From a virus: a stretch of DNA of 64,000 nucleotides. Location of the stretch: positions 25,267 through 89,266 of the IMG/VR virus record IMGVR_UViG_3300021598_001271; one strand, written 5' to 3'. A program made the translations under genes and the position numbers. Under the pieces are notes generated by a model. It had not been told where the DNA came from, did not search any database, and saw nothing but the letters and a program-made list of their open reading frames with translations. Of this stretch, positions 8,615 to 18,468 are shown one piece after another (position 1 is the stretch's first letter; each line of letters begins with the position of its first letter).

Positions 8615-9856
8615 TTAATCGTTATAAATTGACCCGTTTTTATTATTCTTAAATCCTATGTTAGTTGATTCTACATTAGCTTTAGACTCCATCAAGTCTT
8701 CAGTTAACTCGTACTCATCATCATTTTGATATTCCTTTAACAAGTCTTCATTTGAAATGATTCCATTAAACTTGTCTTTTAGTTTTGTAGTGTCAACATC
8801 GTTGTACATTGCGTGTAATGTTGTGTCCAACTCTTCAGATAATTTTAATGATTCTGAAATAACATTAAGAATTCTATATGGGTCTGCGTTTGAACCAGGT
8901 CGTCTATCTTCAAGATAACCTTTCCAAGTTTCCCCAACAACCTTTGGAACTCTAATTGAAGCACCTCTGTCAGATACCCCCCAACTAAACTTATCAATTG
9001 ATTGTGTTTCGTGTTTACCAGTTAAACGAAGATTATTATCTGAACCGTAATTGTCAATATGAACTTTTTGTCTAGACTCAAATACTTTGAATATTGAATT
9101 GAAGTAATCTTCTCCTCCTATTTCTCTCATTCTTTTATTTGAGAAGTTAGTATGTAATCCTGAACCATTCCAATCACCTGATGTAATTGGTTTTGGATGT
9201 AGTTCTATTTGATATCCATACTTTTCGGCCAATTTATAAAGTAGGTATCTTGACATCCATAAGTCATCAGCCGCCTTTAAAATACCTTTTGAAAATGTTT
9301 GGTACTCCCACTGACCTAAAGCAACTTCGGCGTTAGTACCTTCAACAGTAATACCAAGGTCAAGACATAAGTCTAAATGTTCATCACTCAAATGTCTACC
9401 AAAGATTTGACCTCCAACACCGCAGTAGTATTTACCTTGGGGGTCAATCATTGAGCCGTTATCAAACCCTAAAATGTTTTTATTATGTCCTGAACGGATG
9501 AAGTACTCTTGCTCAAATCCAACCCAAAAATCCGAGTCCTCTTTCCCTAACTTAAATCTTTGATTGGTTTCGTGAGGTTTGTTATTTTTGTCATAAACTT
9601 CACAAAGAACATAAAATAAAGGGTATTGCTCATCGTTTTTAATCATACTACTGTATATTCTAACAGGTTTTAAATAACAGTCTGAAGAATAACCTTCGGC
9701 TTGCATAGTTGAGCTGCCATCAAAACCCCACTCTGGTATATTCTCAATACTTAAACTGTTGTGGTTCTGTTTATTGTCGATGATTTTAATTTTACTTCTG
9801 AGGTTTGGTTCTGGTTTGTATCCATCTAACCAAACATATTCTAATTTAATTTTCAT
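8615..9856 (-). CDS. glnII: Glutamine synthetase type II
   Basis: LEYVWLDG, WGFDGSST, GFEQEY, NAEVALGQWEYQ, GDWNGSGLHTNFS, RLTGKHET, DRGASIRVP, GYLEDRRP. Confidence 0.96.
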   Translation of the reverse strand: MKIKLEYVWLDGYKPEPNLRSKIKIIDNKQNHNSLSIENIPEWGFDGSSTMQAEGYSSDCYLKPVRIYSSMIKNDEQYPLFYVLCEVYDKNNKPHETNQRFKLGKEDSDFWVGFEQEYFIRSGHNKNILGFDNGSMIDPQGKYYCGVGGQIFGRHLSDEHLDLCLDLGITVEGTNAEVALGQWEYQTFSKGILKAADDLWMSRYLLYKLAEKYGYQIELHPKPITSGDWNGSGLHTNFSNKRMREIGGEDYFNSIFKVFESRQKVHIDNYGSDNNLRLTGKHETQSIDKFSWGVSDRGASIRVPKVVGETWKGYLEDRRPGSNADPYRILNVISESLKLSEELDTTLHAMYNDVDTTKLKDKFNGIISNEDLLKEYQNDDEYELTEDLMESKANVESTNIGFKNNKNGSIYND

Positions 9857-10116
9857 AATTTAATAAAATAATATTTGCCAAGTTTTAAAGATTTTTTATG
9901 TTTATATCTAACAGAAAATAGAGGTTTTTCAGTCACTATAAATCCTTTCTCATTATCACCTAATCTAATGTAGAAAGAACTGTCATTCGAACCAAGTAAA
10001 ATAGGATAACCCAACAACTTAATAAAGTGTTGAGTTCCATACCCGTCAATTCTATAGGTTTTTTTTTGGAATAACGTAGTATTCTTTCGCGTATTTACTT
10101 TCCTCGATTTCGCCAT
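9853..10116 (-). CDS. Hypothetical protein (start uncertain)
   Basis: Fills the operon gap and has an ATGA overlap with glnII; 5' part overlaps the upstream gene. Confidence 0.5.
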   Translation of the reverse strand: MAKSRKVNTRKNTTLFQKKTYRIDGYGTQHFIKLLGYPILLGSNDSSFYIRLGDNEKGFIVTEKPLFSVRYKHKKSLKLGKYYFIKL

Positions 10117-10246
10117 TATCGGTTAATGTTTTTAATATTTCTTTAGTTTTTACAATATCTTCTTTTAGGATATATTTGCTTATGTAATCAATGTGTATTG
10201 GTTGTCTTAACTTAGACATTAAAAGTTTACTTTGTTTCGTTGTCAT
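10052..10246 (-). CDS. Small hypothetical protein, possibly winged helix
   Basis: 64-aa ORF; IHIDYIS..L...KEILKTL...GEIEE. Confidence 0.65.
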   Translation of the reverse strand: MTTKQSKLLMSKLRQPIHIDYISKYILKEDIVKTKEILKTLTDNGEIEESKYAKEYYVIPKKNL

Positions 10247-10433
10247 TTATTTGTAAGATTTTAAGTTTAATATCTTCATCTGAAACTCCTTTACTGTATA
10301 GTTTATATACTTCAGACGCTAAAGAATCCATAAAAATTAACGCATCCGCTTTAAATAATTGCTCTAATGTTGAGCCACCTTTTAGATAGGTTTCTATTTT
10401 ATTCTTATCCACAAATCGTTTGTTAAACCCCAT
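10227..10433 (-). CDS. Hypothetical protein
   Basis: 68-aa ORF beginning MGFNKRFV. Confidence 0.7.
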   Translation of the reverse strand: MGFNKRFVDKNKIETYLKGGSTLEQLFKADALIFMDSLASEVYKLYSKGVSDEDIKLKILQINDNETK

Positions 10434-10483
10434 ATTGAAATAATTTTAATTAAAAATAATATTAAAAAACCACATTGTCAAAA

Positions 10484-11260
10484 CTAATCTTCAAGTTTTT
10501 TTATGTTTTCTAACCTAACACTTTGTAAAACGTAAGACATTAGTTTTCTTTTGAATAATGGTACCAAGGTTTCATTTAATGGATATTCTTCAGAAGCCTT
10601 CATATCAAATACTGGTGAGTTTTTTTTGTCTTTATCAGAATAGTTGGAGTACAAATCAATAATTTGATTAAAGGTAAACTCTTTTTTATTACCATCGTAT
10701 ATCAAATGTAATTCAATATAGTGTTCATTAACATTTTTTGCAAATTCATAAAGAGAATATTGCCAAACATAAACTTTATTATTTTTTTTATCCGTATAAG
10801 TCATATATCCAATACCATTTTTCATATACCTTTTATTTCTTTTCAAAGTGATTGAGATGGTATCATAGATAATACTCCAATAAGATTTAACAATATTGAA
10901 ATACTCAAAAAATTTTGCAGAAGAATATTTTAAAATTGTATCAATTTCTTTGGTTTCTTCTTTATTTAAATTTGGTAAGTGTTTGACCAACAGGTCCTTG
11001 AATAAAACTTCGTCATCATAACTTTTAAAAACTTTTTCAGTATATAATATGACATTTTCTTTGAGAAGAGTTTGTAAACTCGCCAAATGTAGTGAAAGTT
11101 CTATAAATGTCGGATATATTTTATTTTGGTTAAGTAGGTCGTCAACCTTTTTAAAATACCCAAGTAGAACATATTTTTTATGTTCAAAATCAATTGGTTC
11201 TTGAATTAACCAATCAGTATCCATTAAAAATTTAATATCTTTTTTTTCCTCTATCTCCAT
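10484..11260 (-). CDS. Conserved hypothetical protein
   Basis: 258-aa ORF; WLIQEPIDFEHKKYVLLGYF and YPLNETLVPLFKRKL motifs. Confidence 0.8.
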   Translation of the reverse strand: MEIEEKKDIKFLMDTDWLIQEPIDFEHKKYVLLGYFKKVDDLLNQNKIYPTFIELSLHLASLQTLLKENVILYTEKVFKSYDDEVLFKDLLVKHLPNLNKEETKEIDTILKYSSAKFFEYFNIVKSYWSIIYDTISITLKRNKRYMKNGIGYMTYTDKKNNKVYVWQYSLYEFAKNVNEHYIELHLIYDGNKKEFTFNQIIDLYSNYSDKDKKNSPVFDMKASEEYPLNETLVPLFKRKLMSYVLQSVRLENIKKLED

Positions 11261-11313
11261 ATTAGGACTATTATATATGAATAATAATACAATACAGAGA
11301 AATTTGAATAGTT

Positions 11314-12696
11314 TTAACCTACTCTCATAACAATAAATGAGTCACCGTCAATATCCACTTCATCATAATTCCCATCATAACTATTCAGAATATGTCCAAC
11401 ACCATCGGTACTAATTATATCTTCAATTGCGCTTTGTCTGTCAATATATTCCCCAATTTTAAAACCCCAGTCTTTCATATAATCAATAAGATTTCTCTTA
11501 ACATCGTACAATAATTCTTCAACTTTATTGTCAATCATATCCTGACTTGGGTCGCCATCGGGTTCCATCTCGTCAATTTCTTCCTGTAATGAATCTATAT
11601 GGTCTTGTATTTGGTCATACATTCTAGAATATTCATCAGGTTCTTCGATTTCACTATCAAGGTTTTCTTGTTTTTCCTCCCATTGTCTAATCTCATCTTC
11701 AAGTTGTTCTTTCCTTTTTTCCTGTTCAGAACTTAATTCAAAATCATCATCACTAAAATAAACATCAGGATTTTCCGCAACATCGTATTCGTAATGGTCT
11801 CTGAAATAATCTAAAACTTCGTCTTCATTAATATGGTTTTCTAAAAAACTTTCACTAAAATAATACTCAGGACTATCAAACTGTTCGTCTAAGTAATCTT
11901 CACAAGATTTTTCGGCTTCGTATTCAGTACCTACCGCATATTCCGCTCCTTCTAAATCATCATTACCAACAACTTCAAATTTCATCATACGATAAAACCC
12001 ATAACCTTCTTCAGGTATTAAATTATATATGTCTAGTTTTTCATTTATTTCATTGATTTCATCCTCAACGGCTTCAATGTCTGCATAGATATCGGTTAAA
12101 TCTCTGCCTTCACTATCATATTTCTTTTCCTTTTCTAATAAACTTTCCATCTGTTTATTAAGTTCGGACAAACGTTCGTTATCTAATGCAGTTCTGATAT
12201 TTACACGAGTGTTACTGTTTTCAATGTACTCAAATACCGCCCTCGCTCTAATACCTACATCATCCCCACTATCAGGACCCCATTCATCATCATCTCTTCT
12301 TTGTTGAGCCGAGGCTAATTTTTGTTGTTTAATCTTTTGTTTTCTTATTCTATCAACACCACTTTCATAATCACTAACTCTACCCTTAACATTAATGAAT
12401 GAAATATCATTAATACCTGTACGACTAATATCTAAATTACCCTCAACATACCCAATACCTTCCAAACTTTTAATTGGTAAATCTTTAACAATTAAATCAC
12501 CAGTTATCCATATCTTCTTACCTCTGTATTGTGGTAACATACTTACACCTTTAGCGTTATAGCTGGCGTATTTCATAATATCCAAATAAGTTTCAGGCGA
12601 AATTTTAACCCACTCATCATTATCAGTTTGTTCAAACAAAACTTTACTAATGATGTCCTTCAAGTTAGATTGTGTTACTTTTATAATTCTTCCCAT
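11314..12696 (-). CDS. Highly acidic hypothetical protein with coiled coils
   Basis: 460 aa, very D/E-rich C-terminal half; N-terminus MGRIIKVTQSNLKDIISKVLFEQ. Confidence 0.85.
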   Translation of the reverse strand: MGRIIKVTQSNLKDIISKVLFEQTDNDEWVKISPETYLDIMKYASYNAKGVSMLPQYRGKKIWITGDLIVKDLPIKSLEGIGYVEGNLDISRTGINDISFINVKGRVSDYESGVDRIRKQKIKQQKLASAQQRRDDDEWGPDSGDDVGIRARAVFEYIENSNTRVNIRTALDNERLSELNKQMESLLEKEKKYDSEGRDLTDIYADIEAVEDEINEINEKLDIYNLIPEEGYGFYRMMKFEVVGNDDLEGAEYAVGTEYEAEKSCEDYLDEQFDSPEYYFSESFLENHINEDEVLDYFRDHYEYDVAENPDVYFSDDDFELSSEQEKRKEQLEDEIRQWEEKQENLDSEIEEPDEYSRMYDQIQDHIDSLQEEIDEMEPDGDPSQDMIDNKVEELLYDVKRNLIDYMKDWGFKIGEYIDRQSAIEDIISTDGVGHILNSYDGNYDEVDIDGDSFIVMRVG

Positions 12697-12816
12697 CTTT
12701 TATAAATATACTATAAATACTCACATTTTTTATTCTAAGAATTAAAAGTTATATTGACATTAAATCTTAAATGGTGATATTTATAGGTATAATAAACCAC
12801 ATTAATATCAATCACT

Positions 12817-12966
12817 ATGGGATGCGGATGTAAAAATAAAAATACTACGACAACACAACAGACTCAAACTCAACCAACTCAAAGTCAACCAGCTCAAACG
12901 TCGAAAAGCCAATCTGTTCAAGAAGCGATTAAAAAGACAATTGAAAAGTACTACACTAAGAGATAA
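12817..12966 (+). CDS. Small MGCGCK protein (49 aa, not in ORF track)
   Basis: MGCGCKNKNTTTTQQ...KYYTKR; TATTTAT upstream and terminator downstream. Confidence 0.75.
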   Translation: MGCGCKNKNTTTTQQTQTQPTQSQPAQTSKSQSVQEAIKKTIEKYYTKR

Positions 12967-12989
12967 TATAAATTGGGTCTTAAATTTTT

Positions 12990-13016
12990 AAAAGGGGAAA
13001 TATTTCCCCTTTTTTT
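12990..13016 (+). terminator. Intrinsic terminator
   Basis: aaaggggaaa-ta-tttcccctt followed by a T tract. Confidence 0.7.
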
Positions 13017-13028
13017 ATATTTATTAGT

Positions 13029-14051
13029 ATGAACATTGAGAAACTAACTGAAATTATCGAGGAAGTTAATAATGGAAATTGGGAAGAATATTCTCAGTAT
13101 TTCAATAACGATATGGAATTGTTCATTAAAGTGATTACCAAATATGGATTAATCGATTTAATAGACCCAATGTCGAATGACTTATCAGATTATCAAAACG
13201 ATATTTTATACGTATTGGTAAATGAAAATCCTGAAAAATGGATTAACTTCATTTGCGAATCAGTTATCAATAGTGATATTACAAAAGAAGGTGATAGTTG
13301 GTACCTACATTTAAATGACCAAGAAGATTTAGGTGATTTATTTTATCACGGAAACCGTGAATCCACAAGAAATTTAGTTAAAAGTGTTTTAGGCGAGGAT
13401 TCGTGGGAACCATATTGGGATACCACTGACGATGTTTATAGGGATGTTGTTGAGGAACTGAATGACGAAAACTTAAAAGTACTCTACTCAAGAATATTAA
13501 AAGAAGTTGAGGGTGAGACAATAGGTGCCGAAACTGATTATTTAGAAGACCTGGATGATTCAGGTTCAGGTGAAATTGTAATTACCAAAGAAAACTTCGA
13601 AGGAATGTTCAAAGATGAAGAAACTATCAAATACATACTAAAGGAATATGCGGATGAGGTAAGACAAGAATTGTACAGTGTACATAGTAATTGTTATAAC
13701 TCATCGTATGAAAGTGAAATTTATGATGATATTTGGAGTGAACTATCAACATTCTTTGAGGGTAGAACCGAATGGAAATCAAGACCATATAAATCAGACC
13801 CAAGTAAAACTCAATATTATTCATTAGTTAAAATTAGAGACATTGGTGGTGATATTACAAATTTTTTATATGAGATGAAAGGTTCTCATTGGTCTCAAGA
13901 TTCTTTAGAATATTACGGCTCTTATATGGGAATGTTAAAGAATGGAATGGATAATGATATTTGGGACTATTTAGATTTTAGAATACCTGATTATCCAGAT
14001 TCAAGTAGAGTAGACGCTTGTATTAATGACGACTTTGGAAATTATTTTTAA
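13029..14051 (+). CDS. Highly acidic hypothetical protein
   Basis: 340-aa ORF, D/E- and aromatic-rich. Confidence 0.85.
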   Translation: MNIEKLTEIIEEVNNGNWEEYSQYFNNDMELFIKVITKYGLIDLIDPMSNDLSDYQNDILYVLVNENPEKWINFICESVINSDITKEGDSWYLHLNDQEDLGDLFYHGNRESTRNLVKSVLGEDSWEPYWDTTDDVYRDVVEELNDENLKVLYSRILKEVEGETIGAETDYLEDLDDSGSGEIVITKENFEGMFKDEETIKYILKEYADEVRQELYSVHSNCYNSSYESEIYDDIWSELSTFFEGRTEWKSRPYKSDPSKTQYYSLVKIRDIGGDITNFLYEMKGSHWSQDSLEYYGSYMGMLKNGMDNDIWDYLDFRIPDYPDSSRVDACINDDFGNYF

Positions 14052-14878
14052 TGATTAAACTTATAGACATATTAAACGAATCGACAAGAGTTAAGATGGA
14101 CCCTGATTTTAAAAGAGTCCTAAATAATGTTGTGGATATTATTTTCAAAAAAAGAAAAACAGGGTTTAAAAAATATACTGAGATTACTTCAATCCCAATT
14201 GAAATTGCCGATGGTACTCCAGGTACTGTAGAAATTGTCGTTGACCCTGAATTAGAACATTATGGTATATTAGACGTTAAAGTTGAGGATAGTACCGACC
14301 CTAACGATTTCATAATTAAGATTAATCCTAATGAAGTTAAAAGTAAAAAAGGATTATACCAAACTCTATACCACGAAATAATGCACGCCACGGACCCAAT
14401 GTTTAGTACTAAGTCCACCGAATCTTTTTGGGATACTTATGACCCTGAGATGGACGAGAAATACTGGGGTCACCCTGTAGAATTCAGAGCAATTACTAAT
14501 GAATTTATTGAAGGTTTAATTAATGAATTCACGTTAAGAAAATCTAGAGTTAAAAACCCTACAAGTATAGAATCACTTAAAAAATCATTAGATAATATTA
14601 TGAACCATTTCTCAAATGGTGATAAGTTATCAATATTATCTACAGACATTATTGGTGATATGTATGGGTCAGAAGAAATGACTAGGTCAAGAATGGTCTT
14701 GAACAATATACTAATTGATAATCCCGAGATTTCAGATGTATTACGTAAAACAGAAAGAAATTTAGAGTATATGGTTGTTCTTGAGTTGGTTAAAAAATAT
14801 AGCGGTTCTGATTGGAAGAGATTCTTAGGGATGTTATACAAAGCGTCTGAAGAAATAAAAGAAATTCTAAATAAGTAA
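14051..14878 (+). CDS. Putative zincin metallopeptidase
   Basis: LYHEIMHATD (HExxH) with a downstream YWGHPVEFRA glutamate. Confidence 0.7.
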   Translation: MIKLIDILNESTRVKMDPDFKRVLNNVVDIIFKKRKTGFKKYTEITSIPIEIADGTPGTVEIVVDPELEHYGILDVKVEDSTDPNDFIIKINPNEVKSKKGLYQTLYHEIMHATDPMFSTKSTESFWDTYDPEMDEKYWGHPVEFRAITNEFIEGLINEFTLRKSRVKNPTSIESLKKSLDNIMNHFSNGDKLSILSTDIIGDMYGSEEMTRSRMVLNNILIDNPEISDVLRKTERNLEYMVVLELVKKYSGSDWKRFLGMLYKASEEIKEILNK

Positions 14879-14934
14879 TTTTCTATTTAACCTTTGACTT
14901 AATTTTTCTATTATTACATCAAATAATAATTAGA

Positions 14935-15750
14935 ATGAAATTAATCAATTTGAATACTAAATTAGGTGTAATAAACTTATTTTCAGATTACATATTAAAA
15001 CATATAAATCCAAAACATAATAGTATTATCCAAGTGACCGATGTTGGTCATTTTATAATAATTAACGGAACAACAGATTCATCAGATTTATTAGATTTTT
15101 CAAAAATAAAAGATGACTTTATTTCTGAACATCATAATCTGTTATTGAGTGTTGGGTATTCTGAAAATTTGAATACTATGGATTTAATAAAATATAGTAC
15201 AAAAATTGTAGAAGGAGATAACAGGTATTTATGGTCTACCTTCTATAATTCAACAAGACCGTTATATCATCAAGAAGTTATTGACGCCAGTAAATCTGAT
15301 AAATCAGTTTATTCTATAGATTATAAAGATGGTGTGGTTTATGAAGTTGATTACAATTCATATATATCACCTTCAAAATTTAATACAATCCCACAACAAA
15401 TTACCTCATCATTCCCACACGGTTATAGTTTATCTATGGGTAGAGGTTTATTATACTATTCTGAATATATCGCAAATCAAATTATCAGACCATCTATGAC
15501 GAATAAGATAGATTTGTTTTTAACTAATAGAAAGAATAATGAAGATGAAATAATGTTAGAAGTAAAATTCAAATCTAACATTTCTGAAGAAACAATTAAA
15601 TCAATGATACTTGATGTGTTCTCATTTGATTATGACAAATTCAACAAGGATATTGAGGGGTACGATTTATGTGACGACATAAAAAAACCAACCGAAGTTA
15701 AGCCTTGGTTGGTTAATGATGTTAATCCTAAAGATTTGATTGTATTTTAA
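14935..15750 (+). CDS. Degenerate S-adenosylmethionine synthetase (MetK)-like protein
   Basis: INLFSDYIL...IIING resembles the MetK N-terminus; HGYSLSMGRGLLYYSEYIANQII...DVFSFD resembles the MetK C-terminus; catalytic motifs absent. Confidence 0.5.
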   Translation: MKLINLNTKLGVINLFSDYILKHINPKHNSIIQVTDVGHFIIINGTTDSSDLLDFSKIKDDFISEHHNLLLSVGYSENLNTMDLIKYSTKIVEGDNRYLWSTFYNSTRPLYHQEVIDASKSDKSVYSIDYKDGVVYEVDYNSYISPSKFNTIPQQITSSFPHGYSLSMGRGLLYYSEYIANQIIRPSMTNKIDLFLTNRKNNEDEIMLEVKFKSNISEETIKSMILDVFSFDYDKFNKDIEGYDLCDDIKKPTEVKPWLVNDVNPKDLIVF

Positions 15751-16043
15751 GAATTAAAGTTAGTATAACTTTCTTTAATTATTTTAACTCCGTCAACAAT
15801 TTCATTGTAATCTCTTTCAGGGGCATAAAACTTAGTATTGTGGGTTTCTCCATCGCTTTCAATTATCATAAAAGCGGGTACAAAATCATTACCACCAACC
15901 GCTTTAACAAATAAATCATATTCCTCACTTTCTTCATCAATATCTCTATCGATAAATGGGATGTCTAATTTATCGAGTTGTTCTTTCATCTCAACACAGT
16001 ACGGACATCCCTTCATTGAGTATATAACGACTAGTTGTTCCAT
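15747..16043 (-). CDS. Glutaredoxin-like protein
   Basis: IYSMKGCPYC and FVP motifs. Confidence 0.9.
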   Translation of the reverse strand: MEQLVVIYSMKGCPYCVEMKEQLDKLDIPFIDRDIDEESEEYDLFVKAVGGNDFVPAFMIIESDGETHNTKFYAPERDYNEIVDGVKIIKESYTNFNS

Positions 16044-16360
16044 TATACAAATCTTTCACTCATTTCCATTATGACGTTAGTCTGTTTCAACCCAACTTCA
16101 GAAAACACTTCTGAACCGTTTGCAAAACCTTTAATTGTAGGTACACTTCTTAACCCTAATTCAGATACAAACTCTCGGTCACTTTCAATATCAAAAGTAT
16201 ATAATTGAACTTCAGAATTATTACCTCTTAAGGTTTCACCAACACTTTCAAACATCGGTTTCATTACCTTACAAGGTCCACACCAAGGAGCCCAAAAATC
16301 CACAATTAATTTTTCTCCATTTTTAATTTTTTCTTTTAATTCTACAGACGTGATTTCCAT
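16043..16360 (-). CDS. trxA: Thioredoxin
   Basis: VDFWAPWCGPCK and RSVPT motifs. Confidence 0.93.
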   Translation of the reverse strand: MEITSVELKEKIKNGEKLIVDFWAPWCGPCKVMKPMFESVGETLRGNNSEVQLYTFDIESDREFVSELGLRSVPTIKGFANGSEVFSEVGLKQTNVIMEMSERFV

Positions 16361-16364
16361 TTTG

Positions 16365-16688
16365 TTATTTTATTTTTTTTAAATTGTTTATAAAGATTTT
16401 CAATTCTTCGTATTGTTTTATTTTGTATACCACCTTTAATGTAAATACCTCACTCTCACCCTTTCTGTTTAAACATATGTAAAATCCGCTAGTATGTTTA
16501 AACGCCGCTTCATAATGATTAATACGTGAATTAACATACTTAGTCATCAAATATATTGGACTATATATTTTTGAGTATTTTTCATCATTTAATAGTGTTG
16601 ATGGGTTTAAGACTTCACTATCAATCTCAATGATTGAATAGATTTCATCAGTCAAACTATTATAGAATTTATTAAAGATATCTAACAT
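16365..16688 (-). CDS. Hypothetical protein
   Basis: 107-aa ORF in operon. Confidence 0.7.
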   Translation of the reverse strand: MLDIFNKFYNSLTDEIYSIIEIDSEVLNPSTLLNDEKYSKIYSPIYLMTKYVNSRINHYEAAFKHTSGFYICLNRKGESEVFTLKVVYKIKQYEELKIFINNLKKIK

Positions 16689-16710
16689 ATTGAAATTATA
16701 ATTTAAATTA

Positions 16711-18429
16711 TTAAAAATTAAACTCCTCTATCAAATTATCAAGACCATTATTATAGTAATTAGGTCTTAAACCATTTTTTAGAAATGGACTTACCCACTC
16801 AACAGTCCTCCACTCATTACCTGATGTAAAGCAACTTTCAGATATAATAGACTGATTCTTAAAGTCAACTTTAACTTTTGGTAGTTTGAAACTTTTTTCA
16901 ACTAAAGAATTAATTCTATTATCAAGTTCTTCAATCACCAAATCCCATTTACCATCTAAAGATTTATTAAACCTACCCAAAGTCTGAACTCTTTTTAACT
17001 TAAATCCCTTTTCACCACTTTTCATTATCATATATTCAATAGTCGCTCTCTCATCAGAATCTATGTCATTCTCTCTAAATGACACAATTAATGAAGACGC
17101 CTTATCAATATATGTTTTAACACAATTGTGTTGTCTACTCGACTCAGAATTATACTGGTGAGAGTTTAATAACACCACAGGATGATACTCAATAGAGTTG
17201 ACATTATATATTGGTTGTTCAACTCCATTTATAAAGTCTTCATCATAATATCTAGTGTAACTTCCTTTAGTATAGTGAGAATATCTATCGGTCCAATCTT
17301 CGTGTTCCCTTCTAAATGTCATTGAATCGTATGACTTCCATTTAATATCCTCCAATGGTTTCAACATCACATAGAAATTAACGTGGTCAATGAATGTCTG
17401 AATATTTTGAGTACTCTTAATCATACCCTCAAAAACTTTAAAGGCATTTTTCTTTTCTAAATCAGTAAGGGTTTCAATATCTCCTGGCATTTGATAACCA
17501 CTCTTAAACTCAAAAATGTTTTTAAGTGATTCAGTACTTTGGTGTTTTAAAAACTTCTCACCAAAAAAATTCTCAACCTGTTTATAGAATTGGTCATTAA
17601 TGAAACTAACTTCGTGAAGAACTTTACGCAATTTATCTCCATTAAATCCTTTATTTAACATATAAGAATCTAATAATTTACCACCTGTTTTTTTCAAAAC
17701 TCTTTTACTTGGTAATGGAATAGTATGTCTAAATACTAAACAGTTATTTGGTACTTTAATATTTCTATTCTTTAGGAAATTAAGGTAAAATATTTCATCC
17801 CAATTATATCCTGACATCACATCGATATTTGGGATTTTACTCACAAATACGTTTAATGCTTGTGATAAAATTTCTTTAGCAGAATCTTCACTATCTTTTT
17901 TATATGGTGAAAATACGTTATGAAATGCCACTTCAATTGATGCAAAAGGATTAGACGCAAAAAAGTTACGTCTAACCGAACTAGAGTATTTCTTTTTCTT
18001 AAACCCATTAGTTATTTGACCAAAGAACAAATCATTCTTATCAAATTTATAAGTAATAAATTTAACTTGGGATTGTTTTCTAAAATATGGTTTTCCAACG
18101 TCTCTATGTTTCATATATTGAAACAACTTAATGGACACTTTAGTATCATCACCTTCAACAACTAAAGTAACTCGTTCAAGATGAACCGTACACATAGGGT
18201 TACCAAATTCTTTAACAAAATTCTCTTCGGTGTTTGAGGATTTTAAATAATCAAACATAGGATGTTTTGCGGTACCACTAATTCTACCTGTAACAACATT
18301 TAAATCACCACTCCAAATATCAATCTCCCCCTCATTAGTCTTTTCGTTAACTAACACTGGTAAGTTATTGTGGTCTTTATGGTAAACCGTATTAAATTTC
18401 TCGTATTTTCTCTTAAAAAAAACTTCCAT
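16711..18429 (-). CDS. PcfJ-like domain protein
   Basis: C-terminal ESSRQHNCVKTY...RATIEY...QTLGRFN pattern. Confidence 0.7.
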   Translation of the reverse strand: MEVFFKRKYEKFNTVYHKDHNNLPVLVNEKTNEGEIDIWSGDLNVVTGRISGTAKHPMFDYLKSSNTEENFVKEFGNPMCTVHLERVTLVVEGDDTKVSIKLFQYMKHRDVGKPYFRKQSQVKFITYKFDKNDLFFGQITNGFKKKKYSSSVRRNFFASNPFASIEVAFHNVFSPYKKDSEDSAKEILSQALNVFVSKIPNIDVMSGYNWDEIFYLNFLKNRNIKVPNNCLVFRHTIPLPSKRVLKKTGGKLLDSYMLNKGFNGDKLRKVLHEVSFINDQFYKQVENFFGEKFLKHQSTESLKNIFEFKSGYQMPGDIETLTDLEKKNAFKVFEGMIKSTQNIQTFIDHVNFYVMLKPLEDIKWKSYDSMTFRREHEDWTDRYSHYTKGSYTRYYDEDFINGVEQPIYNVNSIEYHPVVLLNSHQYNSESSRQHNCVKTYIDKASSLIVSFRENDIDSDERATIEYMIMKSGEKGFKLKRVQTLGRFNKSLDGKWDLVIEELDNRINSLVEKSFKLPKVKVDFKNQSIISESCFTSGNEWRTVEWVSPFLKNGLRPNYYNNGLDNLIEEFNF

Positions 18430-18440
18430 ATACTTCTAGT

Positions 18441-18463
18441 AAAAAGGGGGTATTACCCCCCTT
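18441..18463 (-). terminator. Intrinsic terminator
   Basis: aagggggt/accccc(c)tt stem with a T tract on the minus strand. Confidence 0.65.
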
Positions 18464-18468
18464 GTTAA

